Origin: Pseudomonadota bacterium | GTDB taxonomy: Bacteria; Pseudomonadota; Gammaproteobacteria; Burkholderiales; Thiobacillaceae | Direction of reading: 5' to 3' | Assembly: GCA_040753235.1 (NCBI GenBank) | Contig: JBFMET010000014.1 | Location: 2,637-66,636, forward strand | DNA length: 64,000 nucleotides | Part shown: piece by piece, positions 50,612 through 64,000 of the stretch | How positions within the stretch are numbered: position 1 is the stretch's first letter | How the letters are laid out: each line of letters starts with the position of its first letter | Notes under the pieces: generated by a model | Seen by the model: the letters and a program-made list of their open reading frames with translations, nothing else | Database searches by the model: none | Told to the model about the DNA's origin: nothing | Translations under genes and position numbers: made by a program

Positions 50612-51204
50612 GTTGGCCGGCACAGGAGTAATCCCGCGGTGCAGGAAATTTTCGAAGCAATTGACCAGTACGCAAGCGCCTATGCAAGGCTTGAACGGAT
50701 TCAGCGCTCTCGCCCTCTTGAGATTCCTATCGGGGATCAAAAGACTGGCGTCATTGCCGAGTTTTTCGCGCGAATCTACGCAAGACATCGGTTCCCCGAA
50801 GCCGTATTGGAATTTGGTTCCGCGAGTGAGCACGCTTGGGATATCAAAGTTCTTCGCCCTGGCCAACCTGAACTCAAAGTGCAGGTCAAAGCTGTTTCCG
50901 CACACTCACAAACGAGCCGTGTATCTCCCATTCATCCTGGGTGGCATCAGCTCTGGCTCATGCGCCTAGATGAACATCTTCGACCACATGCGCTCTGGGT
51001 GATTGAAGCGAAGACCGCACCCTGGTCAAACACTGTGCTGAAAAACCGCACCATGCCCAAGCTCGGAAAACCTCAATCCGGCTCTGCTGAATTGAGAGCG
51101 GGTACAAATGAAACCACCCCGTTCCTCGCCACGCTGCTGACAGCCAACCCATCATTCCACCAGACCCGCGTGAAAAGCCGCGCAGGGCTCTGAATTCAGA
51201 CGTT
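50612..51204 (+). mobile_element. Solitary integron-type gene cassette
   Basis: Starts GTTGGCC (50612), contains one promoterless AT-richer ORF, ends in an attC-like site whose R'' (GCCAAC) is complementary to the cassette's own GTTGGC start. Confidence 0.72.
50639..51193 (+). CDS. Hypothetical protein, probable PD-(D/E)xK nuclease fold
   Basis: GGAG RBS; GDQKTGVIAEF helix, then WDIKV...KVQVK; foreign codon usage; C-terminus reads through the attC (ANPSFHQTRVKSRAGL). Confidence 0.6.
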   Translation: MQEIFEAIDQYASAYARLERIQRSRPLEIPIGDQKTGVIAEFFARIYARHRFPEAVLEFGSASEHAWDIKVLRPGQPELKVQVKAVSAHSQTSRVSPIHPGWHQLWLMRLDEHLRPHALWVIEAKTAPWSNTVLKNRTMPKLGKPQSGSAELRAGTNETTPFLATLLTANPSFHQTRVKSRAGL

Positions 51205-51208
51205 GCAT
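51142..51208 (+). other. attC-like recombination site (imperfect)
   Basis: AGCCAAC-CCATC-ATTCCACC...GCGTGAAAAGCCGCGC...TGAATT-CAGAC-GTT; this is the layout of short (about 60-70 bp) attC sites, with a degenerate L' box. Confidence 0.72.
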
Positions 51209-51215
51209 GGTGCCA

Positions 51216-53045
<1,830 letters not shown>

Positions 53046-53046
53046 A

Positions 53047-54423
53047 TCAGCTTTCCTTTTTCTGTTTGACCGGCCGCTTCCAGCCGGGGACGGTGACCTG
53101 CTTCGCGCGCGAAAGGGTGAGTTCGCCCGCCGGCGCGTCGCGGGTGAGCGTGGTGCCGGCGCCGAGCGTGGCGCCTTTTCCGACGGTGACCGGCGCGACG
53201 AGCTGGGTGTCGGAGCCGACGAAGACTTCGTCCTCGATCACGGTGCGGTGCTTGTTGGCGCCGTCGTAATTGCAGGTGATGGTGCCGGCGCCGATGTTGA
53301 CCTTCCTGCCCATGGTCGTGTCGCCGACGTAAGAGAGGTGGTTGATCTTGGAGCCGTCGTCGATCTGGCTGTTCTTGATCTCGACGAAGTTGCCGACGTG
53401 AACGTCGCGGGCGAGCTTCGTCCCCGGGCGGATGCGCGAGAACGGGCCGAGGCGATTGACCTCGCCGATCTCGGCGTCGTCGATCAGGGTGAAGGCGTCG
53501 ATCTTGGTGCCCGCGGCGACCTTGACGTTGCGCAGCACGCAGTTGGCGCCCACTTGCACGCCGTCGCCCAGCTCCACGCGGCCTTCGAAGACACAGTTGA
53601 CGTCGATGACGACGTCGCGGCCGCAGGCGAGCGTGCCGCGCACGTCGAGCCGCGCCGGGTCCATGAGCGTCACGCCGGCGGCTAGCAGGCCGCGCGCGAC
53701 TTCGCGCTGGTGGATGCGCTCGAGCTCGGCGAGCTGCGCCTTGCTGTTCACCCCGAGCACTTCCCATTCGTGCGCGGGCTGATGCGCCTCGACCTCGACG
53801 CCGTCGCGCACGGCCATGGCGATGATGTCGGTGAGGTAGTACTCACCCTGCGCGTTGTCGTTCTTCAGTTCGGCGATCCATTTCTTAAGATGCCGGGTCG
53901 CGACGGCAAGGATGCCGGTGTTGACCTCGCTGATCGCGCGTTCGGCGGGGTTTGCGTCCTTGTGTTCGACGATGCGCACCACCTGGCCGTGATCCCGCAC
54001 GATGCGGCCGTAGCCGTCCGGGTGGGCGAGGTTGACGGTCAGCAGGCCCAGCTTGTGGCTGCGCGCGGCGTTGACCAGCGGCTGCAGGGTCGCGACGCGG
54101 GTCAGCGGCACGTCGCCATACAGCACCAGCGTGACCGACTCGTCGCCCAGCCGCGGCAGCGCCTGCTGCACCGCGTGGCCGGTGCCGTGCTGTTCGGCCT
54201 GCAACACGAACGTCAGCTTGTCGTCAGCCAGCGCCTGCGGCACCGCCTCGCCGCCGAAGCCATAGACCACGCAGGTCTTCACCGCGCCGAGCGCGTGCGC
54301 GGTGTCGATGACGTGGCTGACCAGCGGTTTGCCGGCGAGGGGGTGCAGCACCTTGGGCAGGTCGGAGCGCATCCGCGTGCCCTTGCCCGCGGCGAGGATG
54401 ACGATGTCGAGTTTGGCTGTCAT
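53047..54423 (-). CDS. glmU: Bifunctional UDP-GlcNAc pyrophosphorylase / GlcN-1-P acetyltransferase
   Basis: [20 protein letters not shown], hexapeptide repeats, NYDG; ATG 54423. Confidence 0.97.
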   Translation of the reverse strand: MTAKLDIVILAAGKGTRMRSDLPKVLHPLAGKPLVSHVIDTAHALGAVKTCVVYGFGGEAVPQALADDKLTFVLQAEQHGTGHAVQQALPRLGDESVTLVLYGDVPLTRVATLQPLVNAARSHKLGLLTVNLAHPDGYGRIVRDHGQVVRIVEHKDANPAERAISEVNTGILAVATRHLKKWIAELKNDNAQGEYYLTDIIAMAVRDGVEVEAHQPAHEWEVLGVNSKAQLAELERIHQREVARGLLAAGVTLMDPARLDVRGTLACGRDVVIDVNCVFEGRVELGDGVQVGANCVLRNVKVAAGTKIDAFTLIDDAEIGEVNRLGPFSRIRPGTKLARDVHVGNFVEIKNSQIDDGSKINHLSYVGDTTMGRKVNIGAGTITCNYDGANKHRTVIEDEVFVGSDTQLVAPVTVGKGATLGAGTTLTRDAPAGELTLSRAKQVTVPGWKRPVKQKKES

Positions 54424-54501
54424 GCGTGGGGGGTCTGGAGGTTGTCGGAGGCCAGGCAATTCGCGCTGCAAGTATAAGGCCAGCGCCCTGACAGCCGCAT
54501 G

Positions 54502-54527
54502 AAAAAAGGCAACCCGGAGGTTGCCTT
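54502..54527 (-). terminator. atp operon terminator
   Basis: Minus strand AAGGCAACC-TCC-GGGTTGCC-TTTTTT. Confidence 0.8.
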
Positions 54528-54553
54528 GTTTCACTGCGTGCGCCGTGCACCGA

Positions 54554-54976
54554 TCAGGTCAGCTTGCGCAGCTTCTTGATCGCGGCCAGTTGCGCCACCG
54601 CCTGCGCCAGCTCGGCCTGCGCCTGCGCGTAGTCGATGCTGGCGGCCCGGTCCTTCATCGCCTCCTCGGCGGCGCGCATGGCTTCGAGCGCCTTGGCCTC
54701 GTCGAGGTCGGCGCCGCGGATCGCGGTGTCGGACAGGATGGTGACGACGTGCGGCTGCACTTCGAGAATGCCGCCGGAAACGTACACCAGCTCTTCTTCC
54801 GCCTGGTCCGGCACCTTGATGCGCACCGAGCCGGGCTTGAGCGTGGTGATGAGCGGGGTATGGCGCGGATAGATGCCGAGCTCGCCGCGCTGGCCAGGGG
54901 CGATCACCACTTCGGCGGTGCCGGAGTAGAGCGATTTTTCTGCGCTGACGATGTCGACGTGTAGGGTCATGGCCAT
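54554..54976 (-). CDS. atpC: ATP synthase epsilon subunit
   Basis: [21 protein letters not shown]; operon position. Confidence 0.97.
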   Translation of the reverse strand: MAMTLHVDIVSAEKSLYSGTAEVVIAPGQRGELGIYPRHTPLITTLKPGSVRIKVPDQAEEELVYVSGGILEVQPHVVTILSDTAIRGADLDEAKALEAMRAAEEAMKDRAASIDYAQAQAELAQAVAQLAAIKKLRKLT

Positions 54977-54990
54977 TTTGTAACCTCGGT

Positions 54991-55083
54991 TTTAGGGGCT
55001 AGGGACTAGGATTTAGGGGCTAGGGAAAGGCGCGCGTAGCGCTCATCACCCCTAATCCCTAGCTCCTAGCTCCTAGCTCCTCA
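54991..55083. repeat. Inverted arrays of tandem heptamers in the atpD-atpC spacer
   Basis: Five NNTAGGR units (54991-55025) and five inverted units (55049-55083). Confidence 0.85.
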
Positions 55084-55087
55084 AGCT

Positions 55088-56476
<1,389 letters not shown>

Positions 56477-56493
56477 CTAAAAGTTTGAATGCT

Positions 56494-57366
56494 TTAAACC
56501 GCTGCGGCGCCGGCGACAATTTCCGACAGCTCCTTGGTGATCGCAGCCTGGCGGGTCTTGTTGTAGACGAGCTTGAGTTCGCCGATCACGTTCTTGGCGT
56601 TGTCGGACGCGGCCTTCATCGCGACCATGCGCGCCGACTGCTCGCACGCGATGTTCTCGGCCACGGCCTGGTACACCAGCGACTCGATGTAGCGCATCAG
56701 CATGGCGTCGACCACCGGCTTGGCATCGGGTTCGTAGATGTAGTCCCAGTGCGTCTTCAGGCTCGCCTCTTCCTCGCTCTCCAGCTGCGACAGGGGCAGC
56801 AGCTTGGTCAGCGTCGGCTCCTGCTTCATGGTGTTGATGAAGCGGTTGTAGACGATGTAGAGCCCGTCGATGCGACCTTCCAGGTACGCGTCCAGCATGA
56901 TCTTCACCGGACCGATCAGCTTGTCCATGTGCGGCGCGTCGCCGATCGCGGTCAGCTGCGACACCACGTTGGCACCGAGGCGCTGCATGAAACCCAGGCC
57001 CTTGTTGCCGATCGCGGTGACGTCGATGCCGACGCCGGCGGCTTCCCACTGCTTCATCTGGTTCACCACCATGCGGAAGGCATTGGTGTTGAGACCGCCG
57101 CACAGGCCCTTGTCGGAGGTGACGACGATGAGGCCGACGCGCTTGACGGTGTCGCGCGGGATCACGAAGGGGTGCTTGTATTCCGTGTGCGCATACGCCA
57201 TGTGGGTCGCCACATTGGCGATCTTCTCGGCATACGGGCGCGCGGCCTTCATGCGTTCCTGCGCCTTGCGCATCTTGGACGCCGCAACCATTTCCATGGC
57301 CTTGGTGATCTTGCGCGTGTTTTCCACGCTCTTGATCTTGGTCCGAATCTCTTTTCCGGCTGCCAT
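56494..57366 (-). CDS. atpG: ATP synthase gamma subunit
   Basis: [33 protein letters not shown]. Confidence 0.99.
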   Translation of the reverse strand: MAAGKEIRTKIKSVENTRKITKAMEMVAASKMRKAQERMKAARPYAEKIANVATHMAYAHTEYKHPFVIPRDTVKRVGLIVVTSDKGLCGGLNTNAFRMVVNQMKQWEAAGVGIDVTAIGNKGLGFMQRLGANVVSQLTAIGDAPHMDKLIGPVKIMLDAYLEGRIDGLYIVYNRFINTMKQEPTLTKLLPLSQLESEEEASLKTHWDYIYEPDAKPVVDAMLMRYIESLVYQAVAENIACEQSARMVAMKAASDNAKNVIGELKLVYNKTRQAAITKELSEIVAGAAAV

Positions 57367-57409
57367 GCCTGCTCCTAATTAAAAACTGGCGCTCCTACAG
57401 CGCGGTCTA

Positions 57410-58951
57410 TCAATAGACGCCGGTTTTCTTGAACTCGTCGCAGGCGGCGGTGATCGCCTTCTCGCTGGCCTCGTCCATGTTGCCCGAGGCTTCGACGGCT
57501 TCCATCGCGGCACCGGCCTTCGACTTGACGAAGGTGGTCAGCGCGCTTTCGAAGGCGAGGATCTTGTTCACTTCGACGTCGTCCATGTAGCCCTTGTTGA
57601 CCGCGAACAGGGTCAGCGCCATGTCGGAAACCGACATCGGCGAGTACTGCGCCTGCTTCATCAGCTCGGTCACGCGGCGGCCGCGTTCGAGCTGCTTGCG
57701 GGTGGCTTCGTCGAGGTCGGACGCGAACTGGGCGAAGGCCGCGAGTTCGCGGTACTGCGCCAGCGCCAGACGCACGCCGCCGCCGAGCTTCTTGATGACC
57801 TTGGTCTGCGCGGCGCCGCCGACGCGGGACACCGACAGGCCGGCGTTGATCGCGGGACGGATGCCGGCGTTGAAGAGGTCGGTCTCGAGGAAGATCTGGC
57901 CGTCGGTAATCGAGATCACGTTGGTCGGCACGAAGGCGGACACGTCGCCGGCCTGGGTTTCGATGATCGGCAGCGCGGTCAGCGAGCCGGTCTTGCCCTT
58001 GACGGCGCCCTTGGTCAGCTTCTCGACGTAGTCGGCGTTGACGCGCGCGGCGCGCTCGAGCAGACGCGAGTGCAGGTAGAACACGTCGCCCGGGTAGGCT
58101 TCGCGGCCCGGCGGACGGCGCAGCAGCAGCGAGACCTGACGGTAGGCCCAGGCCTGCTTGGTCAGATCGTCGTACACGATCAGCGCGTCTTCGCCGATGT
58201 CGCGGAAGAACTCGCCCATGGTGCAGCCGGCGTACGGTGCGATGTACTGCATCGCGGCGGCGTCGGACGCGGTCGCGGCGACGACGATGGTGTGCTCCAT
58301 GGCGCCGTGCTCTTCGAGCTTGCGCACCACGTTGGCGACCGACGAAGCCTTCTGGCCGACGGCGACGTAGATGCACTTCACGCCGGTGCCCTTCTGGTTG
58401 ATGATGGCGTCGATCGCGACGGCGGTCTTGCCGGTCTGGCGGTCTCCGATGATCAACTCGCGCTGGCCGCGGCCGACGGGGACCATGGCGTCGATCGACT
58501 TGAGGCCGGTCTGCACCGGCTGGTCGACCGATTTACGTTCGATCACGCCGGGGGCGATGCGCTCGATCGGCATGGTGGTGTCGGCGGCGATCGGGCCCTT
58601 GCCGTCGATCGGCTGACCCAGCGAGTTCACCACGCGGCCGAGCAGGCCGCGGCCGACCGGCACTTCGAGGATGCGGCCGGTGCACTTGGCGAGGTCGCCT
58701 TCCTTGATGTGCTCGTAGTCGCCCAGCACCACGGCGCCGACCGAGTCGCGCTCGAGGTTGAGCGCCACGCCGAAGGTGTTGCCCGGCATCTCGATCATTT
58801 CACCCGACATCACGTCGGACAGGCCGTGGATGCGGACGATGCCGTCGGTGACGGACACGATCGTGCCCTGGGTGCGCAGTTCGCTCGACGCACCGAGGTT
58901 CTCGATCTTGGCTTTAATCAGTTCGCTGATTTCGCTTGGATTCAATTGCAT
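57410..58951 (-). CDS. atpA: ATP synthase alpha subunit
   Basis: [29 protein letters not shown]. Confidence 0.99.
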   Translation of the reverse strand: MQLNPSEISELIKAKIENLGASSELRTQGTIVSVTDGIVRIHGLSDVMSGEMIEMPGNTFGVALNLERDSVGAVVLGDYEHIKEGDLAKCTGRILEVPVGRGLLGRVVNSLGQPIDGKGPIAADTTMPIERIAPGVIERKSVDQPVQTGLKSIDAMVPVGRGQRELIIGDRQTGKTAVAIDAIINQKGTGVKCIYVAVGQKASSVANVVRKLEEHGAMEHTIVVAATASDAAAMQYIAPYAGCTMGEFFRDIGEDALIVYDDLTKQAWAYRQVSLLLRRPPGREAYPGDVFYLHSRLLERAARVNADYVEKLTKGAVKGKTGSLTALPIIETQAGDVSAFVPTNVISITDGQIFLETDLFNAGIRPAINAGLSVSRVGGAAQTKVIKKLGGGVRLALAQYRELAAFAQFASDLDEATRKQLERGRRVTELMKQAQYSPMSVSDMALTLFAVNKGYMDDVEVNKILAFESALTTFVKSKAGAAMEAVEASGNMDEASEKAITAACDEFKKTGVY

Positions 58952-59009
58952 GTCTGTTCTCCGAACCGTGAGGTTCCGATAAATATGAGTTGGATGAGCC
59001 TAAGCCGCG

Positions 59010-59546
59010 TTAACCCTGCAAGGCGAAGGCCATCTTCTGCAGACGCCCTTTCACCGAGCCGTCCATCACCTGGTCGCCGATGGCAATCACCGCGCCGCCG
59101 ATCAGTTCGGGGTCGACGGCGGTATGCACGTTCACCGCGCGGTTGAACTTGGCCTTGAGACCGGCGACCAGATCGTCGATCTGCGCCTGATTCAGGGGCT
59201 GGGCGCTGGTGATCGTGGCTTCGAGCGTGCCTTCGGCGTGGGCCTTGAGCGCCTCGTACTGCGCGTGAATCTCGGGCAGCACGGCGAGGCGGTCGTTCTC
59301 GGCCAGCACCTTGACGAAGTTGGCGCCGCGCTCGCCGAGGCCGCTGCCCGCAACGTCGGCGATCAGCGCGGCGACGCGCTCGGCCGACACGGCGGGATCG
59401 GCGATCAGCGCCGCCACCCGGGCGTCGGACACGATCGTCGCCAGCGTGGCGATGCGCGAGGACCAGCCCGCCAGGTCGTTTTCGCCTTGCGCGAGGCGGA
59501 AGGCCGCTTCGGCGTAGGGACGTGCCAGGGTAGACAGTTCGCTCAT
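59010..59546 (-). CDS. atpH: ATP synthase delta subunit
   Basis: ARPYAEA...DPELIGG...DGSVKGRL. Confidence 0.97.
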   Translation of the reverse strand: MSELSTLARPYAEAAFRLAQGENDLAGWSSRIATLATIVSDARVAALIADPAVSAERVAALIADVAGSGLGERGANFVKVLAENDRLAVLPEIHAQYEALKAHAEGTLEATITSAQPLNQAQIDDLVAGLKAKFNRAVNVHTAVDPELIGGAVIAIGDQVMDGSVKGRLQKMAFALQG

Positions 59547-59548
59547 GA

Positions 59549-60019
59549 TTACAGCTCGGCTTTCAGCTGGGCGAGGAGGTCAGCGTGGGTTTGCGCGTTG
59601 ACTTCGCGGCGCAGGATCTTCTCCGCACCGGCGACGGCCAGCGACGCCACCTGCTCGCGCAGGCTTTCGCGCGCACGGTTGGCTTCCTGCTCGATGTTGG
59701 CCTGCGCGGCTGCCAGCTGGCGCTCGCCTTCCTGCTTGGCGGCGTCCTTGGCTTCTTCGATGATCTGCGCGGCACGCTTCTCGGCCTGGGCGATCACTTC
59801 GGCAGCCTGGGCCTTGGCGTCACGCAGGTTGTCGGCAGCCTTCTTGGCGGCCAGCTCCAGCTCGTGCTTGCCGCGGTCGCCCGCGGCGAGGCCGTCGGCA
59901 ATCTGCTTCTTGCGCGTTTCGAGCGCGTTCATGATCGGCGGCCACACGAACTTCATGCAGAACCACACGAAGAAGATGAACGTGATGGACTGGCCGATCA
60001 AAGTTGCGTTGAAATTCAT
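59549..60019 (-). CDS. atpF: ATP synthase b subunit
   Basis: [10 protein letters not shown]...FVWPP followed by a coiled coil. Confidence 0.97.
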   Translation of the reverse strand: MNFNATLIGQSITFIFFVWFCMKFVWPPIMNALETRKKQIADGLAAGDRGKHELELAAKKAADNLRDAKAQAAEVIAQAEKRAAQIIEEAKDAAKQEGERQLAAAQANIEQEANRARESLREQVASLAVAGAEKILRREVNAQTHADLLAQLKAEL

Positions 60020-60070
60020 ATCCGCACCTTTAAATGACGGGGTTAATAAGGTTCCGAATCAACCCGCGAA

Positions 60071-60319
<249 letters not shown>

Positions 60320-60386
60320 CTAATTAAAAGTCAAAGTTGAAAACAGAAACAGTGAAACCAAAACACGAAATCAGTGATGCCCGCTT

Positions 60387-61752
<1,366 letters not shown>

Positions 61753-61761
61753 TAGCCCGCG

Positions 61762-61791
61762 ATGATACTTGAATTAGCCGTGTCTATGCAA
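61762..61791 (-). promoter_or_regulatory. Candidate sigma70 promoter of the atp operon
   Basis: Minus strand TTGCAT-N18-TATCAT. Confidence 0.45.
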
Positions 61792-61850
61792 ACATCAAGA
61801 CACTTGATGATGAATTTCAGAACATAGTGAAATAGTACCGGCCCCGCCCC

Positions 61851-62705
61851 TTACAGCCGGATCCCGAGGCGCGCGAGCAGGCCGTCGAGCTCGTCGGCGC
61901 TGCCGAAGGCCAGGGTGAGCTTGCCGCCGCCTTTTTTCGTCGTCTGCACGTGGGCGGTCATGCCGAGCGCATCCGACAGCGCCTCCTCCAGGCGCAGGAG
62001 ATCGCGCGACGCCGGCGCCTTGGCGGGTTTCGCGGCCGGCACCTCCTTCAGGCGCGCGACGCGGCGCTCGACCTCGCGCACCGACAGGCCGCGGGTCTCG
62101 GTCTCGTGCGCAAGTTCGCGCTGCTGCGCCGCATTCAGCGGCAGGAGCGCACGCGCGTGGCCCATCTCGATGAGGCCGGCGACGAGCATGTCCTGCACCG
62201 GACGCGACAGATTGAGCAAACGCAAGAGGTTCGACACCGCCGCGCGCGACTTGCCGACCGCCTGCGCCACCGCGTCGTGGGTCATGCCGAATTCGTGGAT
62301 CAGGCGCTGCAGGCCGTGCGCCTCGTCGATGGCGTTGAGGTCCTCGCGCTGGATGTTCTCGATCAGCGCCATCGCCGCGACCGCGTCGTCGGCGACTTCG
62401 CGCACCAGCACCGGCACTTCGGTGAGCCCCGCAAGCTGCGCCGCGCGCCAGCGGCGCTCGCCGGCGATGATCTCGTAGCCGCCGGTGACCTCGCGCGCGA
62501 GGATGGGCTGCATCAGCCCCTGCGCGCGGATCGAGTCGGCGAGCTCCTGCAGCGATTCGCTGTCCATCTGGGTGCGCGGCTGGTATTTGCCGGGCGCCAG
62601 GTGCGCCACTTTCATCATGCGCAGGTCGCCCTGCGGCGGCGCGGCGCTGTCCTCGCCGCCCAAGAGCGCGTCGAGTCCGCGCCCCAGTCCCTTAGGCCTC
62701 GCCAT
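61851..62705 (-). CDS. parB: Chromosome partitioning protein ParB
   Basis: GLGRGLDALL, QPR, IIAGERRWRAA, LIENIQREDLN, GKSRAAVSN. Confidence 0.96.
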   Translation of the reverse strand: MARPKGLGRGLDALLGGEDSAAPPQGDLRMMKVAHLAPGKYQPRTQMDSESLQELADSIRAQGLMQPILAREVTGGYEIIAGERRWRAAQLAGLTEVPVLVREVADDAVAAMALIENIQREDLNAIDEAHGLQRLIHEFGMTHDAVAQAVGKSRAAVSNLLRLLNLSRPVQDMLVAGLIEMGHARALLPLNAAQQRELAHETETRGLSVREVERRVARLKEVPAAKPAKAPASRDLLRLEEALSDALGMTAHVQTTKKGGGKLTLAFGSADELDGLLARLGIRL

Positions 62706-63489
62706 GTGTCGTCTCCTTTGCTGTGAGGCCGGCGCGCCGCAGCGTCTCTTCGGCCAGTTCCATATAGGCTTTGGTGCCCTTGCATTGCGGGTCGTAGGCG
62801 AGCACCGGCAGGCCGTGGCTCGGCGCTTCGGCGAGCCGCACGTTGCGCGGGATCACGGTGTCGTACACCTTGTCGCCGAAATGCTGCTTGATCTGCTCCG
62901 ACACCTGCTGCGCCAGCGTGCTGCGCGGATCGAACATCACGCGCAGCAGACCCTCGATGCGGATGTCGGGGTTGAGCCGCTGCTTGACCTTCTTGATGGT
63001 GGCGACCAGATCAGTGAGGCCCTCGAGCGCGTAGTACTCGCACTGCATCGGGATCAGCACCGCCTCGGCGGCGGCGAAGGCGTTCACCGTCAGCAGGTTG
63101 AGCGTCGGCGGGCAGTCGAGCAGGACGAAATCGTAGGCGCCCGCCTCCTTCGCCAGCGCCTCCTTCAGGCGCAGGTCGCGATGTTCCAGGTTGACGAGGT
63201 CGATCTCGGCACCCGCGAGTTCGCGGTTGGCGGGAATGACGTCGAAATGCCCGGGCTGCGAGCGCATCGTGGCGTCGCGCAGCGTCACCTGTTCGAGCAG
63301 GATCTGGTACACGGTCGGCAGCGCGCTGCGCTTCTCGATGCCGGCGCCCATGGTCGCGTTGCCCTGCGGATCGAGGTCGACCAGCAGCACGCGCTGACCA
63401 AGGGCGGCGAGACTGGCCGCCAGATTCACCGCCGTCGTGGTCTTGCCCACGCCGCCCTTTTGGTTCGCTATTGCCAGAATTCGGCTCAT
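62692..63489 (-). CDS. parA: Chromosome partitioning ATPase ParA/Soj
   Basis: [45 protein letters not shown]. Confidence 0.96.
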   Translation of the reverse strand: MSRILAIANQKGGVGKTTTAVNLAASLAALGQRVLLVDLDPQGNATMGAGIEKRSALPTVYQILLEQVTLRDATMRSQPGHFDVIPANRELAGAEIDLVNLEHRDLRLKEALAKEAGAYDFVLLDCPPTLNLLTVNAFAAAEAVLIPMQCEYYALEGLTDLVATIKKVKQRLNPDIRIEGLLRVMFDPRSTLAQQVSEQIKQHFGDKVYDTVIPRNVRLAEAPSHGLPVLAYDPQCKGTKAYMELAEETLRRAGLTAKETTHGEA

Positions 63490-64000
63490 ACAACAGGCTC
63501 CAGAACGATCAGATGTCGGGTGGCGTCCAGCCCCGGCACGGCAAGCGCGTGGTCAGCGCTCACTTTCACGCCAGCGGGCAGCACGGCGATCTCCTCATGC
63601 GGGTACAGACCCTTCATCGCCAACCAGCGCCCGCCCGGATTCAGCAGGTGGCGGGTCAGCGTGACGAATTCCCTGAGGTCGGAAAATGCCCGCGAAGTGA
63701 TCGCGTCGAAGCCGGTTTCCGGCTGGTAGTCCTCGACCCGGCTCGTGACCACAGCCAGGTTGGCGAGCCCCAGCTCGGCCTTCGCCTGCAGCAGAAAGGC
63801 GGTCTTCTTGGCGATGCTGTCGATCAGCGTCACTTGAAATTCAGGCCGGGCGATCGCCAACGGAATCCCGGGCAGGCCGCCGCCGCTACCGACGTCCAGC
63901 ACGTTAATCGGTTTGGGCACGCACTGCGCAACATTCGCTCCCTCCCCCTCGAGGGGGGAGGGTTGGGGAGAGGGTGAAAGCGCCACCACTGGCCTATCAA
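63486..64000 (-). CDS. rsmG: 16S rRNA (guanine-N7) methyltransferase, 5' end outside window
   Basis: [30 protein letters not shown]; upstream of parA. Confidence 0.93.
   Translation of the reverse strand, partial: DRPVVALSPSPQPSPLEGEGANVAQCVPKPINVLDVGSGGGLPGIPLAIARPEFQVTLIDSIAKKTAFLLQAKAELGLANLAVVTSRVEDYQPETGFDAITSRAFSDLREFVTLTRHLLNPGGRWLAMKGLYPHEEIAVLPAGVKVSADHALAVPGLDATRHLIVLEPVV
63938..63976. repeat. REP-like palindrome inside rsmG
   Basis: CTCCCTCCCCCTCGAGGGGGGAGGGTTGGGGAGAGGGTG, translated in frame as [12 protein letters not shown]. Confidence 0.75.

Overview
GC-rich betaproteobacterial chromosome segment. The proteins and gene order resemble Thiobacillus; this is an inference, not a database match. 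It is mostly core genome near the replication origin: B12 riboswitch-btuB-cobO, zapB/zapA-6S RNA-5-formyl-THF cyclo-ligase, ilvD, lgt, tRNA-Ala, gltBD, a GlrK/QseG/GlrR-like system, hemE, priA, argS, dsbA, glmS, glmU, the atp operon, parB/parA and partial rsmG. Observations that go beyond the gene list: (1) a solitary integron-type gene cassette (GTTGGC start, attC-like end) carrying a PD-(D/E)xK nuclease-like ORF, inserted between glmS and its terminator, with no integrase in the window; (2) a decayed defence islet behind tRNA-Ala, made of a Schlafen/AlbA_2-RecG-C-type protein and a type III restriction Res subunit lacking its Walker A N-terminus, with no methyltransferase; (3) an in-frame IlvD::hexose-6-phosphate mutarotase fusion; (4) a sigma54 promoter with three GlrR-type boxes and two IHF sites driving an EF-hand/BON gene; (5) a Pho box ahead of a choice-of-anchor I protein; (6) a DnaA-box cluster upstream of priA; (7) a REP-like palindrome inserted in frame in rsmG. 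All family assignments come from motif recognition by eye and need HMM/BLAST confirmation.
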